Assembly (NCBI GenBank): GCA_963753685.1
Contig: CAVWDE010000010.1
Span: 135,448-199,447, forward strand
Reading direction: 5' to 3'
From: an uncultured Alphaproteobacteria bacterium
GTDB lineage: Bacteria > Pseudomonadota > Alphaproteobacteria > Geminicoccales > Geminicoccaceae
DNA: 64,000 nt
A program made the position numbers and the translations under genes. The notes under the pieces were generated by a model that saw only the letters and a program-made list of their open reading frames with translations, searched no databases and was not told the DNA's origin. This document shows positions 19,716 to 29,944 of this stretch, piece after piece; the first letter of the stretch is position 1; every line of letters begins with the position of its first letter.

Positions 19716-21041
19716 TCAGCCGGCCGAGGCGACGACCGGTGCCGGTGCCCCGGCCCGGCGGGCGAGCCACCAGAGCAGGCCGAGCGCCGGCGCCGCCGCC
19801 AGGGTCGTGACCACGAAGAACGAGACCCAGTCCATGCTTTCCGCGAGCACGCCCGCGCCCGAGGCGAGCAGGGTCCGGGTCTGGGCCATGAACGAGGTCA
19901 AAAGCGCGTACTGGGTCGCGGTGTAGCGGAGGTTGCAGAGCGAGCTCAGATAGGCGACGAACGCCGCCGTGGCCATGCCGCCCGCGAGGTTCTCGAGGCC
20001 GATGGTCAGGACCAGGAAGGCGACGCTGTGGCCGACCTCCGCCTGGGCCGCGAACATCAGGTTCGAGAGCATCTGCAGGATGCCGCAGAACCAGAGCGCC
20101 GGCAGGATGCCGCGGGCGTTGATCAGCATGCCGCCGAGCAGGCCGCCCGCGAGCGTCGCGATCAGGCCGAAGGTCTTGACCACCGAGGCGACCTCGGTCG
20201 CGGAGAAGCCGAGCTCGACGTAGAACGGGTTGGCCATGACCCCGAGCAACGCGTCGCCGAGCTTGTAGAACATGATGAACAGCAGGATCAGGCCGGCGGT
20301 GAGCGCACCGTTGCGGCGCAGGAACTCGGCAAACGGCCGCACCACCGCGATGCGCAGCCACTCGGCCAGCGAGCGTCCGGCCTCCGGCTCGACCCGGGCG
20401 GCAACCCGCGGCTCGGGGCTCGCGAGCACGGTCGCGACCCCGATCAGCATCAGCGCCGCCATGGTCGCATAGGCGGCCTGCCAGCCGGCATAGTCGGCGA
20501 TCAGGAGGGCGCCCGCGCCCGACACCAGCATCGCGATCCGGTAGCCGATCACGTAGACCGCGGCCCCGGCGCCCTGCTGCTCCTGGTCGAGCAGCTCGAT
20601 CCGATAGGCGTCGATGACGATGTCCTGGCTGGCGGAGCAGAACGCGACCAGGACCGCGAGCAGCGCGGTCCGCCACAGGTCGGCCGCCGGGTCGCTCATG
20701 CCCAACGCCGTGATCGAGAGGATCAGCGCGAGCTGACAAACCAACAGCCAGCCGCGGCGGCGGCCGAGCCGGCGGGTGAGCCACGGCAGCGGCAGATTGT
20801 CGATCACCGGCGACCACAGGAACTTCCAGGCGTAGGCGCTGCCGACCAGGGCAAGGAAGCCGATCGCCGCCTTGTCGACGCCGACCTGCGCGAGCCAGAA
20901 GGTCAGCGTGCCGAAGGTCAGCGCCAACGGCAGGCCGCTCGCGAACCCAAGCAACAGAATCCTGACCACCCGCGGGTCGCGGTAGACCGCCCCGGCGCGC
21001 GCCCATTCCTGCAGTCGGCTGGACCATCCCCCAGAGGTCAC
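19716..21041 (-). CDS. ampG: AmpG-family muropeptide MFS transporter
   Basis: ...RILLLGFASGLPLALTFGTLTFWL...YAWKFLWSPVIDN...RRRGWLL...ASQDIVIDAYRIELL. A GTG at 21041 is proposed because the upstream gene ends at 21100 and there is no in-frame ATG. Confidence 0.85.
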   Translation of the reverse strand: MTSGGWSSRLQEWARAGAVYRDPRVVRILLLGFASGLPLALTFGTLTFWLAQVGVDKAAIGFLALVGSAYAWKFLWSPVIDNLPLPWLTRRLGRRRGWLLVCQLALILSITALGMSDPAADLWRTALLAVLVAFCSASQDIVIDAYRIELLDQEQQGAGAAVYVIGYRIAMLVSGAGALLIADYAGWQAAYATMAALMLIGVATVLASPEPRVAARVEPEAGRSLAEWLRIAVVRPFAEFLRRNGALTAGLILLFIMFYKLGDALLGVMANPFYVELGFSATEVASVVKTFGLIATLAGGLLGGMLINARGILPALWFCGILQMLSNLMFAAQAEVGHSVAFLVLTIGLENLAGGMATAAFVAYLSSLCNLRYTATQYALLTSFMAQTRTLLASGAGVLAESMDWVSFFVVTTLAAAPALGLLWWLARRAGAPAPVVASAG

Positions 21042-21099
21042 CGGCCGCGCCCATCCCGCCCGATCCGAGGGTGCCGGCGGATCCGAAGCCAGCCGCCGA

Positions 21100-21735
21100 T
21101 CAGAAGAAGCGCTCCGACACTTCGATGATGTCGCCGGGCAGCACCTGCGTGTTCGACTTGACCTCGACCTGCGGCCCCTTCGAGCCGCCACGGGTGATCG
21201 TGATGTCCTGGTGATCGGCGCGATAGGTGAAGCCGCCGGCCAGGGCGACCGCGTTGGTCACGGTCATGCCGTTGACGTACTGGTAGCTGCCGGGGTTGTT
21301 GACTTCGCCGATGATGTAAAATGGCCGGTAGTTCAGCACCTCGACGCTGACCTGGGGATTGACCAGATAGCCGCCGTCCTTGAGCCGGTCCTCGATCTCG
21401 TTCTCGAGCGCACGCGGGGTCAGACCGGCACTCCGGATCGCGCCGACCAGCGGCAGGGCGAAGAAGCCTTCGCCGTCGACCTCGAACTGGCCGGACAGGT
21501 CGGTGTGGCGGAACACGGTCAGCCGGATCCGGTCACCCGGGCCGAGCTTGTAGCCCGCGACGCCGGCGTCGCCATCCACCGAGGGCGTGACCACCGCCGC
21601 CGCGCTGTCCGCCGCGACCGCCGGCACGACCGGTGGCGGCGGCGCGCCCGAGCAGCCGGCGATCGCGGCTGCCGCGAGCATCCCAAGTCCCAGGATCGCT
21701 GCGCCAGGCAGCCCGTTCCGCCGCAACCGGGCCAT
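21100..21735 (-). CDS. Polysaccharide export lipoprotein (Poly_export + SLBB, Wza-like)
   Basis: Lipobox IAGC. ...YKLGPGDRIRLTVF...LSGQFEVDGEGFFALPLVGAIRSAGLTPRALE...VEVLNYRPFYIIGEVNNPG...VLPGDIIEV. Confidence 0.85.
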   Translation of the reverse strand: MARLRRNGLPGAAILGLGMLAAAAIAGCSGAPPPPVVPAVAADSAAAVVTPSVDGDAGVAGYKLGPGDRIRLTVFRHTDLSGQFEVDGEGFFALPLVGAIRSAGLTPRALENEIEDRLKDGGYLVNPQVSVEVLNYRPFYIIGEVNNPGSYQYVNGMTVTNAVALAGGFTYRADHQDITITRGGSKGPQVEVKSNTQVLPGDIIEVSERFF

Positions 21736-21897
21736 GATTCAAGCCCTCCATCTACCCGTAGCGCCCGCCGCCAGGGCGTTTGGAAGAGTCTGCGTTGAAC
21801 CTAGCCGAAACGTCCTCAACGATCGATGAACAGGCCCGGCCGGCGGCCGCGTTCCAAGCTGCCTCGGCGCCTTCCGGGGGGATGCCCCCGTCAGCCG

Positions 21898-23103
21898 CTA
21901 CAGCCTCGCGGTGAGGCCGACCAGGAACAGGTTGCGGGTGAACTCGTCGGTGGATTCGTCCGAGAAGCGCTGTTGGTAGGTGTAGCCCGCGTCGACCGAG
22001 AAATTCCGGTTCAGGAGGTAGGTGACGCCGCCGCCAAAGGCGACCGTGTTGTCGGTCCGGCTAGGGCCGCTGAAAGCGTCCTGGATGTAGTTGACGTGGG
22101 CACCGATGTGCACGTTGCGCAGCAGCTCGTGGTCGATGCTCGCCCCGACCGTGCTTTGGAAGTTCGTCTGGGCGTCGCTGCCCTGCGACGAGGTCGGTCT
22201 GAAGTCGCCGCCGCCCGTTGCCCTGACCGTGGTCAATCGGGTCGGGGTCCAGGTCAGGCTGAGGTTGTAGCCGACGCCATCCTTGTCGCTGAAGTCGGCC
22301 TCGGCGTAGCTCTGCCGGGTATAACCGACCTGGAAGGTGGTGGTCAGCAAGTCGGTCAGGTCGACCGTAGTGCCGACGCCGGTCCCCCACGACTTGGTGT
22401 CGCGCTCGACCCCGCTGGAGTCGACCTTCTGATCGCGATTGGTGACGTTGTAGGTGCCGTAGACGAAGGTGTTGATCCGGGGCGAGATGAAGAAGCCGGT
22501 GCGCAATTCTCCCGTGTAGCTGTTCTGATCCCGATCGGAGTCAATGTTCGACTGGTAATTGTCGCGGGCCACGTCGCCGGTGAGCGTGAAATTGAGGCGA
22601 TTAAACAGCTGCGTGAAGCTCAGCGAGCCGCCATATTGATACAGCTCCTTGAGGCTTTGGTTCGGGTTGTTCTCGACATCGTCGCGGCCCTGGTGGGCGC
22701 GCGCTACGTTCACGGCGGCGTCGAGATAGTTCTGGCGCGTGATGTCCAGCCGACCATTGCTCTGGAGGAAGGCGTCTTGATAGTTCTCGTCGGTCTCGTT
22801 GGCATGAAAGGCAATGTTGCCACCGGCGGTCAGGTTGAGGCTGTGCCGGCTGAAATTGGATTGGACCTTGACCAGCGGCTGCAGGAGCGTGATGAAGTCG
22901 TCCTTTTCGTTGTTCTTAACAGCGGTGACGTTGGTGTCGTAGGCCTCCGAGACGGTGAGCTGGGGAAAGACCAGAAAGCTGCCCGCCCGGATGCCGAGCG
23001 GGTCATACGGGCCAACCTCCTGGCCGAGGGCCACCACGGGGGCCCCGAGCGTGAGCGCGACGGCGGTGGAAGCGAGGCGTCGGGCCGTGCGGCGAGCGGT
23101 CAC
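21898..23103 (-). CDS. Outer-membrane beta-barrel protein associated with polysaccharide export (BBP2-like)
   Basis: GTG at 23103 follows GAGGAG. It has a signal peptide, an alternating beta-strand pattern rich in Y/T/N/D, and a C-terminal ...FLVGLTARL. It is adjacent to the Wza-like gene. Confidence 0.7.
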   Translation of the reverse strand: MTARRTARRLASTAVALTLGAPVVALGQEVGPYDPLGIRAGSFLVFPQLTVSEAYDTNVTAVKNNEKDDFITLLQPLVKVQSNFSRHSLNLTAGGNIAFHANETDENYQDAFLQSNGRLDITRQNYLDAAVNVARAHQGRDDVENNPNQSLKELYQYGGSLSFTQLFNRLNFTLTGDVARDNYQSNIDSDRDQNSYTGELRTGFFISPRINTFVYGTYNVTNRDQKVDSSGVERDTKSWGTGVGTTVDLTDLLTTTFQVGYTRQSYAEADFSDKDGVGYNLSLTWTPTRLTTVRATGGGDFRPTSSQGSDAQTNFQSTVGASIDHELLRNVHIGAHVNYIQDAFSGPSRTDNTVAFGGGVTYLLNRNFSVDAGYTYQQRFSDESTDEFTRNLFLVGLTARL

Positions 23104-23481
23104 AAGGCGTCTCCTCAGCTCGGGGGTCGATGGGTACGGCTTTATTCTTAACCATTGACGCGTTATAGCCGGGGCCGCGCTAAACGCAAGACTGGCGGGT
23201 CCCGACCCTCGGCGGAGCGCTGGCTGACCCCGGATGCGATCGAACCCCGCCTTTTCGACGTTGCGCTCTTGCCAAAGTGGACCAGACCAGCGAGGCTGGA
23301 AGCGAGCTGTGGCGGCAAGGTCAAGAGTCCATGGACGCGGGTCGCTCCGACCGTTGAGCGTGATGGGAAAACCATTAGCTCTACCAACGCGCTATGGCAA
23401 GTCGCTAATTTCTGACCTGACCGTCCATGGCGGCCGGCGTCGCCCTGGTGATCACCACCGCCGGTTCCTGCTGAGGGGACC

Positions 23482-24321
23482 GTGGCCAGCGAAGCGCGAA
23501 ACCTGACCTTGCTGCGCAGTCTGTTTCGCCGCACTCCGGAAGCGTGGCCGTCGCAGCCGAACGTCGGCGGCCAGTTGGCGCGCGTGCCGCCCGGCGTGTG
23601 CGTCTATGCGATCGGCGACATCCACGGCCGCGCCGACCTCCTGGAGGTCCTGCACCGTCAGGTCGCCGCCGACGCGGCGCAGCTGACGCCGGGCACCGAA
23701 AGGCTCGTGCTCTACGTCGGCGACTACGTCGACCGGGGCCTGGAGAGCCGCCAGGTGCTCGAGCTGCTGATCCACCAGCCGCTCCCGGACTTTCACCCGA
23801 TCTACCTGCTCGGCAACCACGATGCCTGGCTGCTCAGCTTCCTGATCGACGCCAAGGTCGGGGCGACCTGGCTGCGCTACGGCGGCGACGCGACCCTGCA
23901 CAGCTACGGCGTCCGGCTGCGACAGCCGGTCGACGATCTGCAATACTACGAGGAGCTGCAGGCCGAGCTGCGCGAGCGCCTGCCGCGCCGCCACATCGAG
24001 TTCCTGGAGGGCCTCGAGCTCAGCTACGAGACCGGCGACTACCTGTTCGTCCACGCCGGCGTGCGTCCGAACGTGCCCCTCGACCGGCAGACCGCCGACG
24101 ACCTGCTGTGGATCCGCGAGCCGTTTTTGAGCTCCAGGCGCGATCTCGGCAAGGTCGTGGTCCATGGCCACACGGTCGAGGCCGAGCCCGCCGTGCGCGC
24201 CAATCGCATCGGGATCGACACCGGCGCCTGCTGGACCGGTTGCCTCACCTGCCTGGTCCTGGAGGAGGGCGGCCACCGCTTCCTCAATACCATCGGCGGC
24301 GACCCCGTCGACCTGCAGTGA
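23482..24321 (+). CDS. Metallophosphoesterase (PrpA/ApaH-like Ser/Thr phosphatase family)
   Basis: Motifs GDIHG, GDYVDRG, GNHD and VHGHT appear in canonical order. GTG start. Confidence 0.85.
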   Translation: MASEARNLTLLRSLFRRTPEAWPSQPNVGGQLARVPPGVCVYAIGDIHGRADLLEVLHRQVAADAAQLTPGTERLVLYVGDYVDRGLESRQVLELLIHQPLPDFHPIYLLGNHDAWLLSFLIDAKVGATWLRYGGDATLHSYGVRLRQPVDDLQYYEELQAELRERLPRRHIEFLEGLELSYETGDYLFVHAGVRPNVPLDRQTADDLLWIREPFLSSRRDLGKVVVHGHTVEAEPAVRANRIGIDTGACWTGCLTCLVLEEGGHRFLNTIGGDPVDLQ

Positions 24322-24383
24322 GCGCGATCATGCCCGCCGCGATCGTCGCTCCGGCACCCTCGGCGCGGCGCTAAGAAGAGGTC

Positions 24384-25400
24384 ATGGCCGAGGCGGGAAG
24401 CGTCCTGGTGACCGGCGGCGCCGGCTACGTCGGCAGCCACGTGACGCGCCTGCTGGCCGAGGCCGGGCGGCGGGTGGTGGTCTACGACAACCTCTCGTCC
24501 GGACACGCCTGGGCGGTGCTCGGCGCCGAGCTGGTGGTTGGCGATCTCGGCGAGCGCGGACGCCTGGCCGCCCTGTTCGCCGAGCGGCGGTTCGACGCCG
24601 TGCTGCACTTTGCGGCCCACATCTGGGTGGAGGAGTTGGTCCGCGCCCCGGCCAGCTACTATCGCAACAACGTCGCCAACGCGCTCGATGTGTTCGAGCT
24701 TGCCGCTCGGCATGGCGTGCGCTCGGTCGTATTCTCGTCGACCGCGGCGGTTTACGGTGCGCCCGAGGGCGGGCTGATCGACGAGCGCGCGCCGCTCGCC
24801 CCGATCAATCCCTATGGCGCATCGAAGGCGATGGCCGAACGGATGCTGACCGACATCGCCGCGGCCTCGCAGCTGCGCTACGCGATCCTTCGCTACTTCA
24901 ACGTCGCCGGCGCCGACCCGGCGGGGCGGATCGGCGAGGCCACGCCCGACAACCGGCATCTGATCAAGCTCGCCTGCGAGACCGCGTTCGGCCTGCGGCC
25001 GGCGATGCACATCCACGGCACCGACTACCCGACCCCGGACGGCAGCTGCGTGCGCGACTACATTCACGTCGACGACCTGGCGCGCGCCCATCTTGCGGCG
25101 CTCGACCATCTCGAGCGGGGTGGCGCCTCGAGCGTGCTCAACTGCGGCTACGGCCACGGCTCGAGCGTGCGCGCGGTGCTCGACACGGTGCGCCGGGTGA
25201 CCGGGGTCGACTTCGCGATCGAGGCAGGGCCGCGCCGCCCCGGCGACCCGGCGATCCTGGTTGCCGGCAATGCCAAGATCCGCGAGGTCCTTGGCTGGCA
25301 GCCGCAGCACGACGATCTCGAGTTCATCGTTCGCACCGCCTGGGCGTGGGAGCAGACGCTGCAGGCGCGGCGCGCCGGCCTGCCGCCGGCCGCAAGCTAG
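24384..25400 (+). CDS. galE: UDP-glucose 4-epimerase
   Basis: VLVTGGAGYVGSH..., ...SSTAAVYG..., YGASK, ...RYFNVAGAD..., ...DYIHVDDLA... Confidence 0.95.
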   Translation: MAEAGSVLVTGGAGYVGSHVTRLLAEAGRRVVVYDNLSSGHAWAVLGAELVVGDLGERGRLAALFAERRFDAVLHFAAHIWVEELVRAPASYYRNNVANALDVFELAARHGVRSVVFSSTAAVYGAPEGGLIDERAPLAPINPYGASKAMAERMLTDIAAASQLRYAILRYFNVAGADPAGRIGEATPDNRHLIKLACETAFGLRPAMHIHGTDYPTPDGSCVRDYIHVDDLARAHLAALDHLERGGASSVLNCGYGHGSSVRAVLDTVRRVTGVDFAIEAGPRRPGDPAILVAGNAKIREVLGWQPQHDDLEFIVRTAWAWEQTLQARRAGLPPAAS

Positions 25401-25525
25401 GCCGCCGGCGCCACCGCCGGCCGGCGCGCGCGAACCTCGCCCACACAGCGAACGGGACCCGCAACATCCTTTACAGGGGGCGCTTCGTTCCTACATTGGC
25501 CAGCACGCAAACCGGATGGGCGGGT

Positions 25526-28162
25526 GTGATCGGTACGCTCGACACCTGGCGGCTGGCGGCCGCACTCGCAACGCTGTTGACGATCTCCCCGGTCGCCCTG
25601 GCGCAGGCTCCGGTCGCGCCCGCCGAGACCGGCTCGACGCAGCGGTTCACCGCGTCGCCGCCGCCCGCGCCCGCGCCGGAGCTCAACACCGAGCGACTGC
25701 AGGGCCTGATCGACACGCTCGAGGACCCGGCCAAGCGCGATCAGCTGATCGCCACCCTGCGCACCCTCGAGACCGCGCAGGCGGATCAGCATCCCGCAGG
25801 CGAGACCATCCTCTCGGACGACGTGGTCGCGAGCCTTTTGGGCGAGATCACGGCGCGCACCAACGTGGTCCGCCGGGTGTCGCTCTCGATCCTGGATTCG
25901 CTCGATCAGATCCCGCTCCTGGTCGACTGGCTCGAGGCCCAGGCCAAAGACCCGGACCAGCGCTCGCTCTGGCTGCACGTCGGCCTGCGCGTGGCGACTT
26001 ACATGGGGCTCGCGATCCTGGCCTACGTCGGGGTCGTGATGGCGCTGCGGCCGGGCCGCCGCAGCCTCGCCCCCGAGTTCGAGAGCGGGGTGTTCGACCG
26101 GGTGGTCCGGCTGTGCGTCAGGCTCCTGCTCGACCTGGTGCCGGTGCTCGCCTTTGCGGTCACGGTGTTCGCCACGATCGCCGTGGTCGAGCCCTCGGCC
26201 GAGGCGCGCGCCGTGGTCCTGCCCTTGATCCACGCGGTGATCCTGGAACGCGTCGGGCTCGGCTTGGCCCGCATGATCTTCGCGCCCAAGACGCCGAGGC
26301 TGCGCCTGCTGTCGATCTCGGACGCGGCCGCCGCCGACGGCTTCCGCTGGCTGTGGCGGCTGACCGCGACCACGATCTACGGCTACTTCGCGCTCGAGGC
26401 GGGTCGCCAGCTGGGCCTGCCCTGGACGATTCACGGCTTCCTGCTGCACGTGCTGTTCTTCGGCATCCTGCTGATGGTGATGACCATCATCGTGCAGACC
26501 CGGACGCCCGTCGCGGCCGCGATCGCGGGCCTGTCGGACGAGCCGCACAGCCCGATCGTGCGCCGCCTGCCCTGGCGGAGCCTGGCGAGCGTCTGGCATC
26601 TGCTGGCGCTGTTCTATGTCCTGTTCGTGTACTTCGTGTGGGCGCTCCAGGTGCCGGGCGGCTTCCGGCTGCTGTTCGGCGCCACGCTCGGCAGCGCGCT
26701 GATCGGGATCGGCTGCTGGCTCGGGCTGCGCCTGATCGAGCACCTGTTCGGCCGCGACCTCCATCTCGGCCAGGAGGCCGAGGCCGCGCTGCCGGGGGTC
26801 GACAGCCGGTTCAAGCGCTATCTGCCGATCATCGGCGGCATCCTGCGCGCCCTGGTGTGGCTCGCCGCGGCCACGGCGCTGCTCCACGTCTGGGGTTTCG
26901 GGACCCTGCGCTGGCTGGTCAGCGATTCGGGTCAGGCCCTGAGCGGCCACCTGTTGATCGTGGCCGTCGTCGTGGTCGTGACCATCGTCATCTGGGAGGT
27001 GATCAGCCTGATCATCGAGCGCACGGTGACCGAGAAGGACGAGGAGGGCAATCTGCGGCTGAGCAATCGCGCCCGCACCCTGCTCAACATCGCGCGCAGC
27101 TTCCTTTTGGTGTTCCTCAGCCTGATCGCGCTGTTCCTGATCCTGTCCGAGCTCGGTCTCAACATCGCACCCCTGCTCGCCGGCGCCGGCGTGATCGGCC
27201 TCGCGATCGGCTTCGGCTCGCAGAAGCTGGTCCAGGACATCATCACCGGGCTGTTCGTGCTGCTCGGCGACACCATGCGGGTCGGCGACGTGGTCGAGGT
27301 CGCCGGCCGGACCGGCGTGGTCGAGGAAATGACGATGCGGACCGTGGTGTTGCGCGAATATTCCGGTAGGGTGCACACCATCCCGTACAACTCGATCGAC
27401 ACGGTCACCAACTACACCAAGGACTACTCCTATGCGGTGTTCGACATCGGGGTGGCCTACCGCGAGAGCGTCGATCAGGTCATGGACGTGCTGCGCGAGA
27501 TCGGCCGCGAGATGAACCGCGAGCCCTATTTCCGCCGGCTGATCCTGGAGCCGCTCGAGGTCGCGGGCGTCGACAAGTTCGCCGATTCCGCGGTCGTGAT
27601 CAAGGCGCGGATCAAGACCCGGCCGCTCAAGCAGTGGGAGGTCAGCCGCGAGTTCAACCGGCGGCTCAAGAATCGCTTCGACGAACTCGGCATCGAGATT
27701 CCGTTCCCGCACCAGACGCTCTATTTCGGGACCGACAAGGAGGGCAAGGCGCCGGCCGCGCCGTTGCGGGTCGAGAACATTGCCGACCTGGCCAACGGCA
27801 AGCATCAGGCCGCCGAGCATCCGACCACCGAGCATCCGGCCGCCGAGCGTCGGGCCGCCGATGTGGGCCCGCCGGCCGAGGCGCCGGTGACCGAGTTCGA
27901 ACGAGCGGCGGCCGCAGCCCATCTTCGCCCCCTCCCGCGGTGGCTGAGCCGGGCCACGCGCGGTGCACAGACGGTGGGTTTGCGGCTCGCCTGGCGATCG
28001 GTCTGCTGCTCGCGACGCTCGCGACTGGCTGCACGTCGCACCCGGCGGCGCCAACGGTGCCTCCGGAGCCCGGCCAGGCCGCCGCCGACGAGGGCGGACC
28101 CGCCGTCCCTTACCAGGTCGAGTTCCAAGGCATCGATGACAGCGAGCTGCAGCAGCTCCTGA
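25526..28162 (+). CDS. Large MscS-family mechanosensitive channel (MscK/MscM-like) with an anomalous 3' extension
   Basis: GTG at 25526 gives the signal IGTLDTWRLAAALATLLTISPVALA. Multiple TM segments follow. The MscS core is ...LLAGAGVIGLAIGFGSQKLVQDIITGLFVLLGDTMRVGDVVEV.... The last ~75 codons are Arg/Cys/Ser-rich and overlap tamA. Confidence 0.8.
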   Translation: MIGTLDTWRLAAALATLLTISPVALAQAPVAPAETGSTQRFTASPPPAPAPELNTERLQGLIDTLEDPAKRDQLIATLRTLETAQADQHPAGETILSDDVVASLLGEITARTNVVRRVSLSILDSLDQIPLLVDWLEAQAKDPDQRSLWLHVGLRVATYMGLAILAYVGVVMALRPGRRSLAPEFESGVFDRVVRLCVRLLLDLVPVLAFAVTVFATIAVVEPSAEARAVVLPLIHAVILERVGLGLARMIFAPKTPRLRLLSISDAAAADGFRWLWRLTATTIYGYFALEAGRQLGLPWTIHGFLLHVLFFGILLMVMTIIVQTRTPVAAAIAGLSDEPHSPIVRRLPWRSLASVWHLLALFYVLFVYFVWALQVPGGFRLLFGATLGSALIGIGCWLGLRLIEHLFGRDLHLGQEAEAALPGVDSRFKRYLPIIGGILRALVWLAAATALLHVWGFGTLRWLVSDSGQALSGHLLIVAVVVVVTIVIWEVISLIIERTVTEKDEEGNLRLSNRARTLLNIARSFLLVFLSLIALFLILSELGLNIAPLLAGAGVIGLAIGFGSQKLVQDIITGLFVLLGDTMRVGDVVEVAGRTGVVEEMTMRTVVLREYSGRVHTIPYNSIDTVTNYTKDYSYAVFDIGVAYRESVDQVMDVLREIGREMNREPYFRRLILEPLEVAGVDKFADSAVVIKARIKTRPLKQWEVSREFNRRLKNRFDELGIEIPFPHQTLYFGTDKEGKAPAAPLRVENIADLANGKHQAAEHPTTEHPAAERRAADVGPPAEAPVTEFERAAAAAHLRPLPRWLSRATRGAQTVGLRLAWRSVCCSRRSRLAARRTRRRQRCLRSPARPPPTRADPPSLTRSSSKASMTASCSSS

Positions 28163-29802
28163 AGCAGGTCTCGGAGACCGAACAGCTGGTCGACCGGCCG
28201 CCGCCCAGCCTGGTCCGCCTGCGCGCGCGTGCCGAGGCCGACCGCCCGCGGCTGCAGGAGGCCTTGCGCTCGAAGGGCTACTACGATGCCGAGATCGCGC
28301 TCCAGATCGACGCCAAGGCCGAGCCGGTCCGGGTGCGGTTCGAGGTCAAGCCGGGGCCGCTCTATCGCTTTCGCGACGTGACCATCGAGGTCATGCCGCC
28401 ACAGCCGCGGCCGCAGCTGCCGAGCCTCGATGAGCTCAAGATCGCGCCTGGCGCGCCGGCGGTCGCCCAGACCATCCTCGACGCCGAGGCCGCGCTGCTG
28501 GCGCGCGCCCGCACGCAGGGCTACGCGCTCGCCGCGCTCGGTCATCGCCGGGCGGTCGTCGATCACGACACCGACACCATGGATCTGACCCTGGTCCTCC
28601 AACCCGGATCCCTGGTCCGGTTCGGCGCGATCCAGCTGACCGGCCTGGAGACCGTCGAGCAGGACGCGGTCCGCCGCCGGCTGGGCTGGCAGCCCGGCGA
28701 GCTGATCACCACCCAGCGGGTCGAGGACGGGCGCAGCGCCCTGCTCGAGTCCGAGCTGTTCAACTCGGTGGTGATCAATCTCGGCACCACGCCCGATGCC
28801 GAGGGCCGGCTGCCGGTCAAGGTCGAACTGACCGAACGCAAGCCGCGCTCGATCGGGGTCGGCGTGCGCTATCGCAGCGACGAGGGCCCGGGCGGCGACA
28901 TCAGCTGGGAGAATCGCAATGTCTTCGGCCGCGGCGAGCGGGTCACGGTCGACCTCGACGGGTCGTTCATCGGCGGCCACCTGACCGGCAACTTCCGCAA
29001 GCCGGACCTCTGGCAGCGTGACCAGGCGCTGATCGCCGGCAGCGAGCTCGCCTACCTGAACACCGACGCCTACGACAGCCGCACCGCCAGCGCCAATGTC
29101 GGCCTCGAGCGCCGGCTCGCCAAGGGCATGACGATTTCCGCCGGGCCGGCGTTCCGGGCCTCCGACATCAAGGACAAGAACGGCGACCACGACTTCTTCG
29201 GTCTCTTGTCGCTGCCGGTGCTGTGGCAATGGGACCGCAGCGACAATCGGCTCAACCCGACCAAGGGCGGTCGGCTGGTGGCCCAGAACGAGCCGTTCGT
29301 CGACGTCACCGGCAACGATCTGGCCTTCAACAAGAGCCAGCTCAGCTACACCCACTACCTCAAGGTCCTGGACCATCCGGGCATCGTGCTCGCGGGCCGG
29401 GGAGCGGTCGGGACCTTGTTCGGGGCCGACCGCGAACAGGTGCCGGCGGACCTGCGCTTCTACGCCGGTGGCGGCGGCTCGGTGCGCGGCTTCGGCTACC
29501 AGCTCGCCGGCCATCTGGACGACGACCACAAACCGCTGGGCGGGCGCTCGCTGCTGGAAACGTCGGCCGAGGTCCGGCTGCGCCTGACCGAGACGATCGG
29601 CGCGGTCGCCTTCGTCGACGCCGGGTCCGACTTCAGCTCGAGGGTGCCGAACCTGGGTCAGGCCCTGCGGGTCGGCGCCGGGCCGGGTCTGCGCTACTTC
29701 AGCCCGATCGGGCCGGTGCGCCTCGACATCGGGATCCCGGTCAATCCGCGCTCCTCCGACGATCCCTACCAGGTCTACGTCAGCCTCGGCCAAGCGTTTT
29801 GA
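27940..29802 (+). CDS. tamA: Outer-membrane translocation and assembly module protein TamA (Omp85 family)
   Basis: GTG at 27940, then a signal peptide. POTRA-like repeats (...YQVEFQGIDD..., ...VRFEVKPGPLYRF...) are followed by an Omp85 barrel ending ...VYVSLGQAF. Confidence 0.85.
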   Translation: MAEPGHARCTDGGFAARLAIGLLLATLATGCTSHPAAPTVPPEPGQAAADEGGPAVPYQVEFQGIDDSELQQLLKQVSETEQLVDRPPPSLVRLRARAEADRPRLQEALRSKGYYDAEIALQIDAKAEPVRVRFEVKPGPLYRFRDVTIEVMPPQPRPQLPSLDELKIAPGAPAVAQTILDAEAALLARARTQGYALAALGHRRAVVDHDTDTMDLTLVLQPGSLVRFGAIQLTGLETVEQDAVRRRLGWQPGELITTQRVEDGRSALLESELFNSVVINLGTTPDAEGRLPVKVELTERKPRSIGVGVRYRSDEGPGGDISWENRNVFGRGERVTVDLDGSFIGGHLTGNFRKPDLWQRDQALIAGSELAYLNTDAYDSRTASANVGLERRLAKGMTISAGPAFRASDIKDKNGDHDFFGLLSLPVLWQWDRSDNRLNPTKGGRLVAQNEPFVDVTGNDLAFNKSQLSYTHYLKVLDHPGIVLAGRGAVGTLFGADREQVPADLRFYAGGGGSVRGFGYQLAGHLDDDHKPLGGRSLLETSAEVRLRLTETIGAVAFVDAGSDFSSRVPNLGQALRVGAGPGLRYFSPIGPVRLDIGIPVNPRSSDDPYQVYVSLGQAF

Positions 29803-29944
29803 GCCGGCCGCCGAGCCCGCGGCGGCACGGTTCGACGCGAAAACACCTTGCGGTTGGCGCCAAACGGCGTAGAACCCGCATAATTGCCTAAAATCCGATC
29901 AGCAGCATCACGAACCCGTGACATCCGGCTTCGGGGGACGCCGC

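Noticed and set aside
23104-23481. The 378-bp divergent intergenic region contains a minus-strand string GCGTTGGTAGAGCTA that looks like a tRNA D-arm, plus GGGGTTCGATCGCATCC, which resembles a T-loop. I considered a tRNA, a two-piece tmRNA or a riboswitch.
   Set aside because: I could not fold a cloverleaf. There is no U8, the D-stem and T-stem partners do not pair, and no acceptor stem or CCA context exists. No tmRNA tag reading frame is present, and the conserved cores of SRP RNA, RNase P or c-di-GMP riboswitches are absent. An Infernal/Rfam scan would settle this.
24164-28162. A 1332-aa ORF that appears to be a single giant protein spanning the phosphatase 3' end, galE and the MscS gene.
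   Set aside because: Only the part from about 25526 onward is protein-like. Upstream it is an out-of-frame reading of the phosphatase and galE genes. The same applies to the 879-aa ORF 42697-45336 (only 42697-44199 is the ATPase) and the 758-aa ORF 47543-49819 (an MBL hydrolase plus a GS-like fragment).
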